A stretch of 64,000 nucleotides of DNA from an uncultured Pelagibacteraceae bacterium. Its GTDB lineage: Bacteria; Pseudomonadota; Alphaproteobacteria; Pelagibacterales; Pelagibacteraceae. Shown one piece after another: positions 9,815 to 19,928 of the stretch; position 1 is the stretch's first letter, and every line of letters starts with the position of its first letter. A program made the translations under genes and the position numbers. Below the pieces are notes generated by a model. The model was given only the letters and a program-made list of their open reading frames with translations, ran no database searches and was not told the DNA's origin. The stretch lies in assembly GCA_902542975.1 (NCBI GenBank), contig CACBWM010000003.1, positions 16,807 to 80,806 of the forward strand. Reading direction: 5' to 3'.

Positions 9815-10969
9815 ATGAATAAAGTTTTTAAGGTTGGTCTCATAGGATGTGGCCATATCGCAGAAACATATTTTAGAGGACACCAACATTTTAATAATTT
9901 CAAAATTATTGCTTGTGCAGATATTAATCAAAAAGCAGCTGAAAAATGCGCAAAATTATACAACATCAAATCAATGACTGTTAATGAAATACTAAAAGAT
10001 AAAGATATCGAGGTAATTTTAAATTTAACAATTCCTCAATCACATTATTCTGTGTCAAAAAAAGTATTAAACGCAGGAAAGCATGTTTATTCAGAAAAAC
10101 CATTAGCAACATACTTTCAAAAAGGAAAAGAGCTAGTGGCTTTGGCAAAACAAAAAAAATTATACATTGGTAATGCGCCAGATACTTTTCTTGGAGGAGG
10201 TGGACAAAAAGCAAAGGAATTAATCGACTCTGATTTAATTGGACAAATCAAACTTGGAAACGCAATCTTTGCATTTCCTGGTGTTGAAAACTTTCATCCA
10301 AAACCAGAGTCTTGGTATAAAAAAGAGGGAGGACCAGTCATAGATATGGGTCCTTATTTTTTTACAACGCTTGTTAATCTATTAGGTCCAGCTAAGCAGG
10401 TGCAAGGAAGAACATTAACGGCATTTAAAAGAAGAAATTATAGAGCAGGTCCAAATAAAGGAAAAACATTTAAGGTTGAAACACCAACAACTTATTTAGC
10501 AACGATTCAATTTCATAATGAAGCAATTATTCAAGTCACTTTATCCTTTGATGTGATAAATCATCAAAGAAATCATATGGAACTTTATGGAACTAAAGGT
10601 TCAATTATTGTTCCTGATCCAAATATGTTTGGTGGATCTGTTTATATTTCTGTTACTGAAGGTGGTCGTTGGGGCGAACATAAAACTGATAAAATGCATT
10701 TAGGAAAAATAAATGTTACATCTGCAAGTGGTAGATCCAATGAGTCACCAACAAATGCTAACTATAGAAGTGTTGGAATGTCTGAGATGTTATATTCAAT
10801 TGAAAAAAAGAAAAAACATCGATGTTCAGGAGAACTATCTCTTCATGTTTTAGATATAATTGAGTCTACTATGAAAGCCGCAACAACTGGAGTACCTCAA
10901 AAAATAAAAACTAAGTGTGAAAAGCCAAAAAGATTTACAGAAGAAGAAGTAAAAAAAATTCTCTTATAG
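9815..10969 (+). CDS. Gfo/Idh/MocA oxidoreductase
   Basis: GCGHIA, YSEKP, APDTFLGG, GGPVIDMGPY, PDPNMFGG. Confidence 0.9.
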   Translation: MNKVFKVGLIGCGHIAETYFRGHQHFNNFKIIACADINQKAAEKCAKLYNIKSMTVNEILKDKDIEVILNLTIPQSHYSVSKKVLNAGKHVYSEKPLATYFQKGKELVALAKQKKLYIGNAPDTFLGGGGQKAKELIDSDLIGQIKLGNAIFAFPGVENFHPKPESWYKKEGGPVIDMGPYFFTTLVNLLGPAKQVQGRTLTAFKRRNYRAGPNKGKTFKVETPTTYLATIQFHNEAIIQVTLSFDVINHQRNHMELYGTKGSIIVPDPNMFGGSVYISVTEGGRWGEHKTDKMHLGKINVTSASGRSNESPTNANYRSVGMSEMLYSIEKKKKHRCSGELSLHVLDIIESTMKAATTGVPQKIKTKCEKPKRFTEEEVKKILL

Positions 10970-10972
10970 ATC

Positions 10973-11992
10973 ATGAAAGATATTGCAATTGTTGATCCAT
11001 ATCCAAGAACCATGGAGCTTATTTTTTCAAAACCTAAATTAAATGAGTTAAAAAATAAATTTAATCTTATTTTCGCACCAAAAACAAATAAACAAAAATT
11101 TTATATTAATAATATTCATAAAGCGAAATTTATAATTGGACAGCCTAATCTTCCTAAATTTTTATTAATGAAAGCAAAAAAGTTGAAAGCAGTAATAAAT
11201 GTCGAAAGTAACTTTCTAGATAATATGGATTATAATTATTGCTTTGATAAAGGTATTCATGTTATTGCAACTTCACCCGTTTTCTCGAAACCAGTCGCAG
11301 AAATTGCTCTTGGATTTACACTTTCTCTTCTTAGAAATATTCATGGAGCAAATCAGGATTTCATTAATAAAAAGGAAAAGTATGGATTAGATGGAAATCT
11401 TAAGGCTTCATTATTATCAGACAAAAAAATTGGATTATTGGGATTTGGAGACCTAGGGAAAGCTTTGGTTCCATTATTGAAACCATTTTCGAGTAAAATA
11501 AATATCTATGATCCTTGGATACCAAACAAAAAAATTATTAATCAAGGATTTAAACCAATTACTTTAAAAAAAATGTTTAAAGAATGCGAAGTTATTTATG
11601 TGCTTGCTGCAATTACTACAAAAAACAAAGGACTGATTAATAAAAAATTACTCAATCTTATGAAATCGAACTCACTTTTTATATTAATGAGTAGAGCTGC
11701 AGTTGTTAACTTTGAAGATTTAAAAAATAGGCTTAAAAAAGGTGATATTTATGCAGCGCTTGATGTTTTTCCGGAAGAACCAGTTAAAAAAAATGACCCA
11801 ATAAGAAAATTAAAAAATGTTTTATTTTCTGCACATAGAGCGGGTGCTTTAGACGAGGCATTCAAGGAAATGGGCAATATTGTTTTTGAAGATATGAAAT
11901 TAATTTCAAAAAATCTTAATCCAAGATTTTGTAAAAAAGCTCTAAGAAAAACTGTTCATCTTTTAAGGTCAAAACCTGTTGCAATTAATTAA
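10973..11992 (+). CDS. D-2-hydroxyacid dehydrogenase family protein
   Basis: GFGDLG, SRAAVV, DVFPEEP, SAHRAG. Confidence 0.85.
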   Translation: MKDIAIVDPYPRTMELIFSKPKLNELKNKFNLIFAPKTNKQKFYINNIHKAKFIIGQPNLPKFLLMKAKKLKAVINVESNFLDNMDYNYCFDKGIHVIATSPVFSKPVAEIALGFTLSLLRNIHGANQDFINKKEKYGLDGNLKASLLSDKKIGLLGFGDLGKALVPLLKPFSSKINIYDPWIPNKKIINQGFKPITLKKMFKECEVIYVLAAITTKNKGLINKKLLNLMKSNSLFILMSRAAVVNFEDLKNRLKKGDIYAALDVFPEEPVKKNDPIRKLKNVLFSAHRAGALDEAFKEMGNIVFEDMKLISKNLNPRFCKKALRKTVHLLRSKPVAIN

Positions 11993-12014
11993 TTTTTTTT
12001 TTAATTTAAATTAA

Positions 12015-12764
12015 ATGACTTCAACAAATAAATTGCTCTTAGAGGCTAAAGGTATCACAAAGTATTTTGGAACAATAACTGCTCTAGAAAATGTAAATTT
12101 AAAAGTACACGAAGGTGAATGTTTAGGTGTTGTGGGAGATAATGGTGCAGGCAAATCTACACTAATGAAAGTTTTATCTGGTTTGTACAAACCGAGTGCA
12201 GGCGCTTTATTTTTCGAGGGCAAAGAACATATATTAGATAGCCCAAAAGACTCTCAAAATTTAGGTTTAGAAATGGTTTATCAAGATCTTGCATTGGCAG
12301 GTAATTTACCCATTGGAGAAAATATATTCTTAGGAAGAGAGCCTACAAAAAATATTGGCTTCTTAAAATTTCTAGATTTTAAAAAAATTCAAGAAATGAC
12401 TAGTGCTCACTTAGAGAAACTAAAAATAAATGTTAAAAGTGCTGACCAAAAAGTGGAGGAATTATCTGGAGGACAAAGACAAGCAGTTGCGATAGCTAGG
12501 TCAACAGCATTTAATGCTAAAGTTGTTATAATGGATGAACCAACTGCAGCTTTAGCAATAAAAGAAGTTGGAAAAGTATTAGACTTAATTAATAAATTAA
12601 AGAGTACTGGCGTAGGTGTTATAGTAATAAGTCATAGAATGGATGATATTTTTACTGTTTGCGACAGAGTAATGGCACTTTTTCAAGGAACAAACTTTGC
12701 TGAGTCTCAATTAGATAAAACTTCAAGAGATGAAGTCATTGGTTGGATTATGGGAAAAAAATAA
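12015..12764 (+). CDS. Sugar ABC transporter ATP-binding protein (single domain)
   Basis: Walker A GDNGAGKST, LSGGQRQ signature, MDEPTAAL, SH loop. Confidence 0.95.
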   Translation: MTSTNKLLLEAKGITKYFGTITALENVNLKVHEGECLGVVGDNGAGKSTLMKVLSGLYKPSAGALFFEGKEHILDSPKDSQNLGLEMVYQDLALAGNLPIGENIFLGREPTKNIGFLKFLDFKKIQEMTSAHLEKLKINVKSADQKVEELSGGQRQAVAIARSTAFNAKVVIMDEPTAALAIKEVGKVLDLINKLKSTGVGVIVISHRMDDIFTVCDRVMALFQGTNFAESQLDKTSRDEVIGWIMGKK

Positions 12765-12765
12765 A

Positions 12766-13779
12766 ATGGACGATAAGGAAAAAAAACAAGATAGCTTATA
12801 TGTAAAACTTATTCCATATTTTGAAAAATATGGGATTTTACTATTATTAGTTATCATGATCTTGGTAATGCATATTTTGCAACCAGATGTCTTCTTGTCT
12901 TGGAGAAATGTAACAAACGTATTCAAACAAATATCTTGGCAATCAATGTTAGCTTTAGGTGTTTTTATGGTGATTGTGACTGCGGGAATAGATCTATCAG
13001 TTGGCTCAATAATGATGCTTTCATTGATGATTTTAGCAATAGTAGCTAAAGCTGGAGCACCTTGGTTTATAGTTGTTCTAGTTCCTTTATTTGCTGGATT
13101 TTTATGTGGGTTGATAAATGGTTTGGGGATAACACTTTTAAGAATGCCTCATCCTTTTATAATGACTTTAGGAACTCTTTATATTTTTAGAGGAACAGGA
13201 AACTTAATTTCAGGCGGAACACCCATAAGTGGATTTACCGATGAAGTTAGGTACTTAGGTCATGGTAGAATAGATCTTACTTGGTTAGGATTAGAGAAAT
13301 CTCAATATCTTCCCGTAAGTTTAGTTTTAATCGCGGTTGTATATTTTGTTTTTTGGGTTTTCTTGAATCATAGTCGAACAGGAAAGTGGATTTATGCAAT
13401 TGGTGGCAACCCAAGCGCAGCAAGAGCTTCAGGAATTAATGTTAATAAAATTTTAATAATTGTTTATTCACTTTGTGGATTTTTATCAGGTATTGGAGCA
13501 TTAATTTTAGCAGGAAGAACAGACTCTGGTTATCCTAATGCAGGATTACAATCTGAATTGGATGCTATCGCAGCATGTATAATTGGTGGAGCTAGTTTCT
13601 TTGGTGGTAGAGGAACTGTTCTTGGAGTTTTTGCCGGAGTAATGATTATGGGAATTTTAAGAAATGGACTTAATTTGATGGATGTAAGCTCATTCTGGCA
13701 ACAGGTATTGATTGGCTCGATCATTGTATTAGCAGTTTACGTGGATGTTTTAAGAAGAGATTTCGGTACGAGAAAATAA
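12766..13779 (+). CDS. Sugar ABC transporter permease (RbsC-like)
   Basis: GIDLSVG, YAIGGNPSAARASGI, ELDAIAACIIGG; start moved to MDDK at 12766. Confidence 0.92.
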   Translation: MDDKEKKQDSLYVKLIPYFEKYGILLLLVIMILVMHILQPDVFLSWRNVTNVFKQISWQSMLALGVFMVIVTAGIDLSVGSIMMLSLMILAIVAKAGAPWFIVVLVPLFAGFLCGLINGLGITLLRMPHPFIMTLGTLYIFRGTGNLISGGTPISGFTDEVRYLGHGRIDLTWLGLEKSQYLPVSLVLIAVVYFVFWVFLNHSRTGKWIYAIGGNPSAARASGINVNKILIIVYSLCGFLSGIGALILAGRTDSGYPNAGLQSELDAIAACIIGGASFFGGRGTVLGVFAGVMIMGILRNGLNLMDVSSFWQQVLIGSIIVLAVYVDVLRRDFGTRK

Positions 13780-13886
13780 ACACGTCAAAGTTGAATAGAT
13801 GCTATCATAAGAGACCCTGTAAACAGTTGAATTTTTTTTAAAAATTTTATTAAATTAAGCTTTAATAATTATTAAAGGGGAAATTT

Positions 13887-14819
13887 ATGAGAGAACTATC
13901 AAGAAAAATTGCTGTTTTAGTATCAGCAATTTTTTTATCGATAAGCATGATTTCAGCTTCTTTTGCTGATGGTCATGGTAAAAAAATCTTGTTCAGTATT
14001 AAAGGTCCTGGGTCTGGAAATCCTTTCTGGGCTTCTGTTACAAAAGGTGCTGAAGAAGAAGCTAAAAAATTAGGTGTTAAGTTAATCTTGGTTGCGCCAC
14101 CTCAAGAAGGTGATGTTCAAGCACAAATTAACCAAGTTGAAGACCAACTTGCTAAAGGTGTTGATGCTTTAGCTCTTGCACCAGGAGATCCAAATGCATT
14201 TGCTCCAATTGTAGATGACGCTATCAAAAGTGGTGTTCCAGTTGTATTCGTAGATACAAAAGGGATTAATGAAGGTGTTACTTTTATTGGAACTAACAAT
14301 ATGAATGGAGCAGAATTAGCTGCTAAATTCATTTGTGATAAAACTCCAAAAGGTTCAGATGTTGCAATTTTGACTGGAATAGAGTCTCAATCAACAGCTT
14401 TACTAAGAAGAGACGGTGCAATTAAAGGATTTAAAAATTGTGGTTTAAATATAGTTGCTACTCAAACAGCTGAGTGGGATACTGCAAAAGGTAGATCAGT
14501 TACTGAGTCTATTATTTTGAAAAATCCTAACATCAAAGCAATTTTTGCTTCAAATGACAATATGGGCTTAGGTGCTATGCAAGCTCTTAAAGATGCAGAT
14601 ATGAATGATGTTGTTGTTGTTGGTTTTGATGCAACTCCAGATGCTGCTACAAGTATCTTAAAAGGTGAAATGACTGCAACTATTGCTCAGTTCTCATATA
14701 ACATGGGTGCTTACGGTGTTAAATATGCACTTGAGCTAGCTAATGGTGGAAGTATTGATCCAAACATTGATACTGGAACACAACTAGTGACAAAAGAAAA
14801 CGCTAACGATTTTAAATAA
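13887..14819 (+). CDS. Sugar ABC transporter substrate-binding protein (RbsB-like)
   Basis: Signal peptide, NPFW, FASNDNMGLGA, VGFDA; SD-like AAAGGGG upstream. Confidence 0.9.
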   Translation: MRELSRKIAVLVSAIFLSISMISASFADGHGKKILFSIKGPGSGNPFWASVTKGAEEEAKKLGVKLILVAPPQEGDVQAQINQVEDQLAKGVDALALAPGDPNAFAPIVDDAIKSGVPVVFVDTKGINEGVTFIGTNNMNGAELAAKFICDKTPKGSDVAILTGIESQSTALLRRDGAIKGFKNCGLNIVATQTAEWDTAKGRSVTESIILKNPNIKAIFASNDNMGLGAMQALKDADMNDVVVVGFDATPDAATSILKGEMTATIAQFSYNMGAYGVKYALELANGGSIDPNIDTGTQLVTKENANDFK

Positions 14820-14838
14820 TCATTAGTATATAACATTT

Positions 14839-14874
14839 AAAAAGGGTGGAATTTTTATTCCACCCTTTTTTTTT
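14839..14874 (+). terminator. Intrinsic terminator
   Basis: AAAAAGGGTGGAAT-tttt-ATTCCACCCTTTTT followed by T-run. Confidence 0.9.
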
Positions 14875-14892
14875 ATGTAATATAATCTTTTA

Positions 14893-15354
14893 ATGTTAAT
14901 AAATATTAACCCAGTTTTAAGCCCTGATTTACTCTTTCATTTAAGATCTATGGGTCATGGTGAGAAAATTATTCTTGCTGATGCTAATTTTCCTGCAAAC
15001 TCTATGAACAAGAATGTAATACGATTAGATGGTGTAGATATTAAAAGTGCAGCAAATGCAATTTTATCTGTTTTTCCATTAGATAGTTTTACCGTATCAC
15101 AAGGGGGCTCACCTGCACTTAGAATGGAAGTAGATGATAAACCAGAAGAACTAACTGAAACTCATAAAGAATTTATTGAAGCAGTAAAAAATAATTCTGG
15201 TCCCCAATGGAAAGTTGGATCAATTTCAAGACAAAATTTTTATGAAGAAGCAAAAAAAGCATATTGTATTGTAACCACTACAGATGCTCGACCTTTTGGA
15301 TGTTTTATTATAACTAAAGGAGTTATTCTTCCTGACGGTAAAGTCTGGTCTTAA
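14893..15354 (+). CDS. RbsD/FucU family sugar mutarotase/pyranase
   Basis: LRSMGHGEKIILADANFP, RQNFYEEAKKAY, TKGV. Confidence 0.9.
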   Translation: MLININPVLSPDLLFHLRSMGHGEKIILADANFPANSMNKNVIRLDGVDIKSAANAILSVFPLDSFTVSQGGSPALRMEVDDKPEELTETHKEFIEAVKNNSGPQWKVGSISRQNFYEEAKKAYCIVTTTDARPFGCFIITKGVILPDGKVWS

Positions 15355-15358
15355 TTAA

Positions 15359-16273
15359 ATGAAGTCTATATGTGTATTTGGGGTATTTGTTGCAGACTTA
15401 TGTTTTATTGGTGAAAAAATTCCTGAAGTGGGGCAAACTATTTTAGGAACAAAACACTTAATAGGACCTGGTGGAAAAGGATCTAACCAAGCCATTGCCG
15501 CAGCAAGACTTGGCGGAAACATAAGTTTTATTACAAAAATAGGTGATGATAATAATGCTGAAATGGCACTAAATTTATATAAATCCTCTGGAGTAAATAC
15601 CGATTATATTATCAAAGATAAAAATCAATCAACTGGCGTTGCTGGTATTATGATTAATGCTAATACAGGTGATAATGCAATAAACATCATACCAGGCGCT
15701 GCTGGCACTTTAAATAGTTCTGATATAGATAATAATTTAAAAGCAATCGACAAGTCAGATATATTCTTAACACAATTAGAAACACCATATGATGTTACAA
15801 GCTATGCTTTACAAAAAGCTAAAGATACTGGTTCAATTACAATATTAAATCCAGCTCCTGCTTCGAAAATATCTGAGAATGACTTTAAAAATATAGACTA
15901 TTTTACACCAAATGAAACTGAAGCTAGTTTTTATTTAGAAAAAAAAATAGAAACAAAATCTGAAATAGAAAATGCAGCTAAAGAATTTTTAAAAAAAGGA
16001 ATAAAAAATATCTTAATAACCCTAGGTTCTAAAGGAGTTTATTTTTCAAATGGAACTGAAAGCCATTTTGTAGACGCCCATGAATTAAAAGAGGATGTAA
16101 AAGATACTACTGGAGCAGGTGATGCTTTTAATGGAGCTTTTAGTGTAGCATTAGCCAAATCATTAAAAATTGTTGATGCATTAGAATTTTCTAATAAAGT
16201 TGCTGGTATTTCTACAACTAAAGAAGGAGCCGCGAATTCCATGCCAACATATGAAGAGGTCGAGGTTTACTAA
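15359..16273 (+). CDS. rbsK: Ribokinase (PfkB family)
   Basis: GGKGSNQAIAAARLG, NPAPA, PNETEA, DTTGAGDAFNG. Confidence 0.88.
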   Translation: MKSICVFGVFVADLCFIGEKIPEVGQTILGTKHLIGPGGKGSNQAIAAARLGGNISFITKIGDDNNAEMALNLYKSSGVNTDYIIKDKNQSTGVAGIMINANTGDNAINIIPGAAGTLNSSDIDNNLKAIDKSDIFLTQLETPYDVTSYALQKAKDTGSITILNPAPASKISENDFKNIDYFTPNETEASFYLEKKIETKSEIENAAKEFLKKGIKNILITLGSKGVYFSNGTESHFVDAHELKEDVKDTTGAGDAFNGAFSVALAKSLKIVDALEFSNKVAGISTTKEGAANSMPTYEEVEVY

Positions 16274-16275
16274 AT

Positions 16276-17304
16276 ATGAAATATAACGCTGATAATAAAA
16301 GATATTCAGAGATGTTATATAGAACTTGTGGCGATAGTGGAGTTAAATTACCACTAATAAGCCTTGGGCTTTGGCATAACTTTGGAGGTAAAGTTCCACT
16401 TTCTAATATTAAAAAAATATTATTCTATGCTTTTGATAAAGGCATCACTCATTTTGATTTGGCAAATAATTATGGCCCCCCTTACGGTAGTACAGAAAGT
16501 AATTTTGGAAAAATAATAAGCAAAGATTTAAAAAAATATAGAGATGAACTGATTATATCATCAAAAGCTGGTTATGATATGTGGGAAGGACCTTATGGAG
16601 AATGGGGGTCAAAAAAACATATTATCGCAAGTTGTGATCAAAGTTTAAAAAGAATGAAAATTGATTACTTTGATATATTTTACTCACATAGATTTGATCC
16701 AAATACACCTTTAGAAGAAACAGCAGATGCATTAGAGAGTATTTATAAATCGGGAAAAGCTTTATATGTTGGTATATCATCTTATTCTTCCAAAAAGACG
16801 AACCAAATTTACAAAATTCTAAAATCAAGAAATATTAAATTGTTTATTCACCAGCCTTCATATTCTTTAATTAATAGATGGATTGAAAAAGATTTAACTA
16901 AAACTATAAAAAAACTTAAAATTGGATGTATTGCCTTTTCTCCTCTTGCTCAAGGAATGCTATCAGACAAATATTTAAAAAAGATACCTAGAGTTTCAAG
17001 AGCGAGTGATGTTACATCTTATTTAGATAAATCTTTAATAACAAAAAAAAACTTAAAGATAGTTTCAGATTTAAATAAGATTGCAAATAAAAGAGGTCAA
17101 TCTTTATCTCAAATGGCAATTTCCTGGGTCTTGTCAAATAATTATGTAACATCTGCTCTAATCGGAGTTAGAAATATTAACCAGTTAAAAGAAAATATAG
17201 AAAGTCTAAACAAACTTAATTTTACACCTTCTGAAATGAGAATAATTAATAAAACCGCTAAAGAAGGGGATATAAATATTTGGAAAGAATCAAGCTCTTA
17301 CTAA
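16276..17304 (+). CDS. Aldo/keto reductase, L-glyceraldehyde-3-phosphate reductase (YghZ/Gpr)-like
   Basis: GLWHNFG, HFDLANNYGPPYGS, SKAGYDMW, FSPLAQG. Confidence 0.88.
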   Translation: MKYNADNKRYSEMLYRTCGDSGVKLPLISLGLWHNFGGKVPLSNIKKILFYAFDKGITHFDLANNYGPPYGSTESNFGKIISKDLKKYRDELIISSKAGYDMWEGPYGEWGSKKHIIASCDQSLKRMKIDYFDIFYSHRFDPNTPLEETADALESIYKSGKALYVGISSYSSKKTNQIYKILKSRNIKLFIHQPSYSLINRWIEKDLTKTIKKLKIGCIAFSPLAQGMLSDKYLKKIPRVSRASDVTSYLDKSLITKKNLKIVSDLNKIANKRGQSLSQMAISWVLSNNYVTSALIGVRNINQLKENIESLNKLNFTPSEMRIINKTAKEGDINIWKESSSY

Positions 17305-17305
17305 A

Positions 17306-18181
17306 ATGAAAATTGGAATAGATATTGGGGCAACAAAAATTGAAAGCGTCATCTTAAAAAAAAATGGTGATGAAATTGAGAGATCAAGGATCCCTTGCCC
17401 AAAGAGTTATAAAAAAATAATAAGAGATGTTAGTAAAATAGTTTTTTCACTAGATCGGAAGTATAAAAAAAAATTTCAAGTAGGCGTGTGTCATCCCGGA
17501 TCTATAGATTATAAAACTGGACTACTTAAAAATTCAGTAAATGCCAAACAATTAAATAATAAAAAATTAAACATAGATTTATCAAAAGCTTTAAAAAGAA
17601 ATATAAAATGTGAAAATGATGCAAATTGTTTTGCATTATCTGAAGCAATGGATGGAGCTGCAAAAAATTATAATGTTGTTTTCGGAATAATTATTGGATC
17701 AGGCACTGGAGGTGGAATAGTTATTAATAAGAAAATCTTAAAAGGTGCAAATTATATTTCTGGAGAGTGGGGACATCTTCCTCTACCAATTTTTGGAAAT
17801 CTAAACGATAAAAAATATATTAAAAAAAAGATATCACTTATGCAAATACAAAAGTTTACCTCAGGAAAAGGTTTGGAAAAACTTTATCATAAAAAAATTA
17901 CTGCGAGAGAAATATTTAATAAATCTGATAAGTTTACAAAATCAATTTTTATTAAACATTTTAAAATACGGTTGGCTAGAGCACTTGTTAACTTAATTTA
18001 TACAATTGATCCTGATGTATTTGTATTTGGAGGTGGATTATCTAATGAAATCTCTTCATTAAATGAATTAAAGAAAATGGTTACAAAAAATATGGAAATT
18101 AAATATATAAATACGAAATTTTTAAAGGCTAAGTATGGAGATGCAAGTGGAGTAAGAGGAGCGGCACGGTTGAATTATTAA
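17306..18181 (+). CDS. ROK family sugar kinase (Mak/fructokinase-like)
   Basis: GIDIGATKIE, ENDANCFALSEA, GSGTGGG, GEWGH, GDASGVRGAA. Confidence 0.88.
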   Translation: MKIGIDIGATKIESVILKKNGDEIERSRIPCPKSYKKIIRDVSKIVFSLDRKYKKKFQVGVCHPGSIDYKTGLLKNSVNAKQLNNKKLNIDLSKALKRNIKCENDANCFALSEAMDGAAKNYNVVFGIIIGSGTGGGIVINKKILKGANYISGEWGHLPLPIFGNLNDKKYIKKKISLMQIQKFTSGKGLEKLYHKKITAREIFNKSDKFTKSIFIKHFKIRLARALVNLIYTIDPDVFVFGGGLSNEISSLNELKKMVTKNMEIKYINTKFLKAKYGDASGVRGAARLNY

Positions 18182-18182
18182 T

Positions 18183-19037
18183 ATGACAAAAATCGGTTTT
18201 ATAGGAATTGGATTAATGGGTGCTCCTATGGCAAAAAATCTTCTAAAATCTAAATATCAAGTCAAAGTTTTTAATAGAACTAAAAAAAAAGCTGATAAAT
18301 TAAAAAATTATGGCGCAAAAGTATGTAATTCATTAAAGGAAGTTGTTTCTGACCAGGATTTAATAATTACTATGTTATCTGATGATAAGGCTCTAAAAAA
18401 AATATATTCAAACTTAGAATTTTTAAAAAATTTAAAAGCAGGATCTACAGTTATAGATATGAGTTCTGCAAATCCTAAAACAGCAATTAATTTATCAAAA
18501 TTATTAAAAAAATATAAAGTTAATTTTTTGGACGCGCCAGTTTCTGGAGGCACAAATGGTGCAGAGAATGCTCAGCTGGCCATAATGGTTGGCGGAGATA
18601 AGAAAGTTTTTTCTAAAAATTTAAATATACTAAAGAAATTAGGCAATCCTGTTTTAGTTGGAAAAAATTCTGCAGGTCAAATAGCAAAATTAGCTAATCA
18701 AATAATAGTAGGAATTACAATTGGATCTGTTGCAGAGGCTATTAAATTAGCACAAAAAAATAATGTAAATCCAATAAATATTCTCAAAGCATTAAAAGGG
18801 GGGTGGGCTGACAGTAAAGTTTTACAAACTCATGGATTAAGAATGATCAAAAAAGATTTTAAACCAAGAGGAAAAAATTTTTCTCAATTAAAAGATATGA
18901 ACAACATCCTTGATTGTGCAAAAAATAAAAAGCTAGAATTACCTTTATCTAAAATAGTTAAAAAAATGTATAATAATCTCGTTAAAAAAGGATTGGGTAA
19001 TTATGATCATAGTTCGTTATACAAAAGCTATAAATAA
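18183..19037 (+). CDS. beta-hydroxyacid dehydrogenase (2-hydroxy-3-oxopropionate reductase-like)
   Basis: GFIGIGLMGAPMA, DAPVSGG, KLANQ, KDM. Confidence 0.88.
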   Translation: MTKIGFIGIGLMGAPMAKNLLKSKYQVKVFNRTKKKADKLKNYGAKVCNSLKEVVSDQDLIITMLSDDKALKKIYSNLEFLKNLKAGSTVIDMSSANPKTAINLSKLLKKYKVNFLDAPVSGGTNGAENAQLAIMVGGDKKVFSKNLNILKKLGNPVLVGKNSAGQIAKLANQIIVGITIGSVAEAIKLAQKNNVNPINILKALKGGWADSKVLQTHGLRMIKKDFKPRGKNFSQLKDMNNILDCAKNKKLELPLSKIVKKMYNNLVKKGLGNYDHSSLYKSYK

Positions 19038-19051
19038 TTATTGGAGATAAA

Positions 19052-19894
19052 ATGAAATTACTAAGAGTGGGAGAAAAAAGTCAAGAAAAGCCAGCTATAT
19101 TAGATAAAAATGGAAAGTTGAGAGATATATCCAAACATATAAATGATTTAGATCCAACTCATTTAAATTTTGAAACAATTGAAAAAATTAAACAAATTGA
19201 TTTATCATCCTTGCCTGTGATTTCAAATAATACAAGGATTGGTTCATGCATAACTAAACCAGGAAAATTTATTGCAATTGGATTAAATTTTTCTGACCAT
19301 GCAGCGGAAACTGGAGCAAAACCACCAACAGAACCAATTGTGTTTATGAAAGCCAGTAGTTCAATCAATGGACCAAATGATGATATTGAAATTACAAGCT
19401 ATTCAAAAAAACTAGATTGGGAAGTTGAGCTAGGTTTAGTTATAGGAAAAAATGCTAAAAATATCCCAGAGAAAAATTCACAAGATTATATCTTAGGTTA
19501 TTGTTTAGTGAATGATGTAAGTGAAAGAGAGTGGCAAATAGAAAAAATGGGACAGTGGGTAAAAGGAAAGTCGCACGATACATTTGGTCCTATTGGTCCA
19601 TACCTTGTGACCAAAGATGAGATTAATGATGTAAACAACCTAAACATGGAATTAGATTTAAATGGTGAACGAATGCAAACAGGTAATACAAAAACAATGA
19701 TTTTTAATGTAGATCATATTGTTTCATATGTTAGTCGATATATGTCCCTTCAACCAGGAGATATCATTACCACAGGAACACCCCCAGGAGTTGGAATGGG
19801 AATGAAGCCACAAAAATTTTTAAAAGCAGGTGATGAAATGAGGCTTTCAATTGAACTTCTTGGTGAACAAAAATCAAAAGTAGTAGCAATTTAA
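19052..19894 (+). CDS. Fumarylacetoacetate hydrolase family protein
   Basis: IGLNFSDHAAE, DWEVELG, NDVSER, GKSHDTFGPIGP, TGTPPGVG. Confidence 0.92.
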   Translation: MKLLRVGEKSQEKPAILDKNGKLRDISKHINDLDPTHLNFETIEKIKQIDLSSLPVISNNTRIGSCITKPGKFIAIGLNFSDHAAETGAKPPTEPIVFMKASSSINGPNDDIEITSYSKKLDWEVELGLVIGKNAKNIPEKNSQDYILGYCLVNDVSEREWQIEKMGQWVKGKSHDTFGPIGPYLVTKDEINDVNNLNMELDLNGERMQTGNTKTMIFNVDHIVSYVSRYMSLQPGDIITTGTPPGVGMGMKPQKFLKAGDEMRLSIELLGEQKSKVVAI

Positions 19895-19928
19895 TCCAAA
19901 TATAATCTCTTTTTTGGTATAATAAATT

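Noticed and set aside
13780-13886. Possible riboswitch or sRNA in the 107-bp gap before the sugar SBP gene
   Set aside because: No recognisable conserved aptamer or stable structure; more likely an internal promoter region
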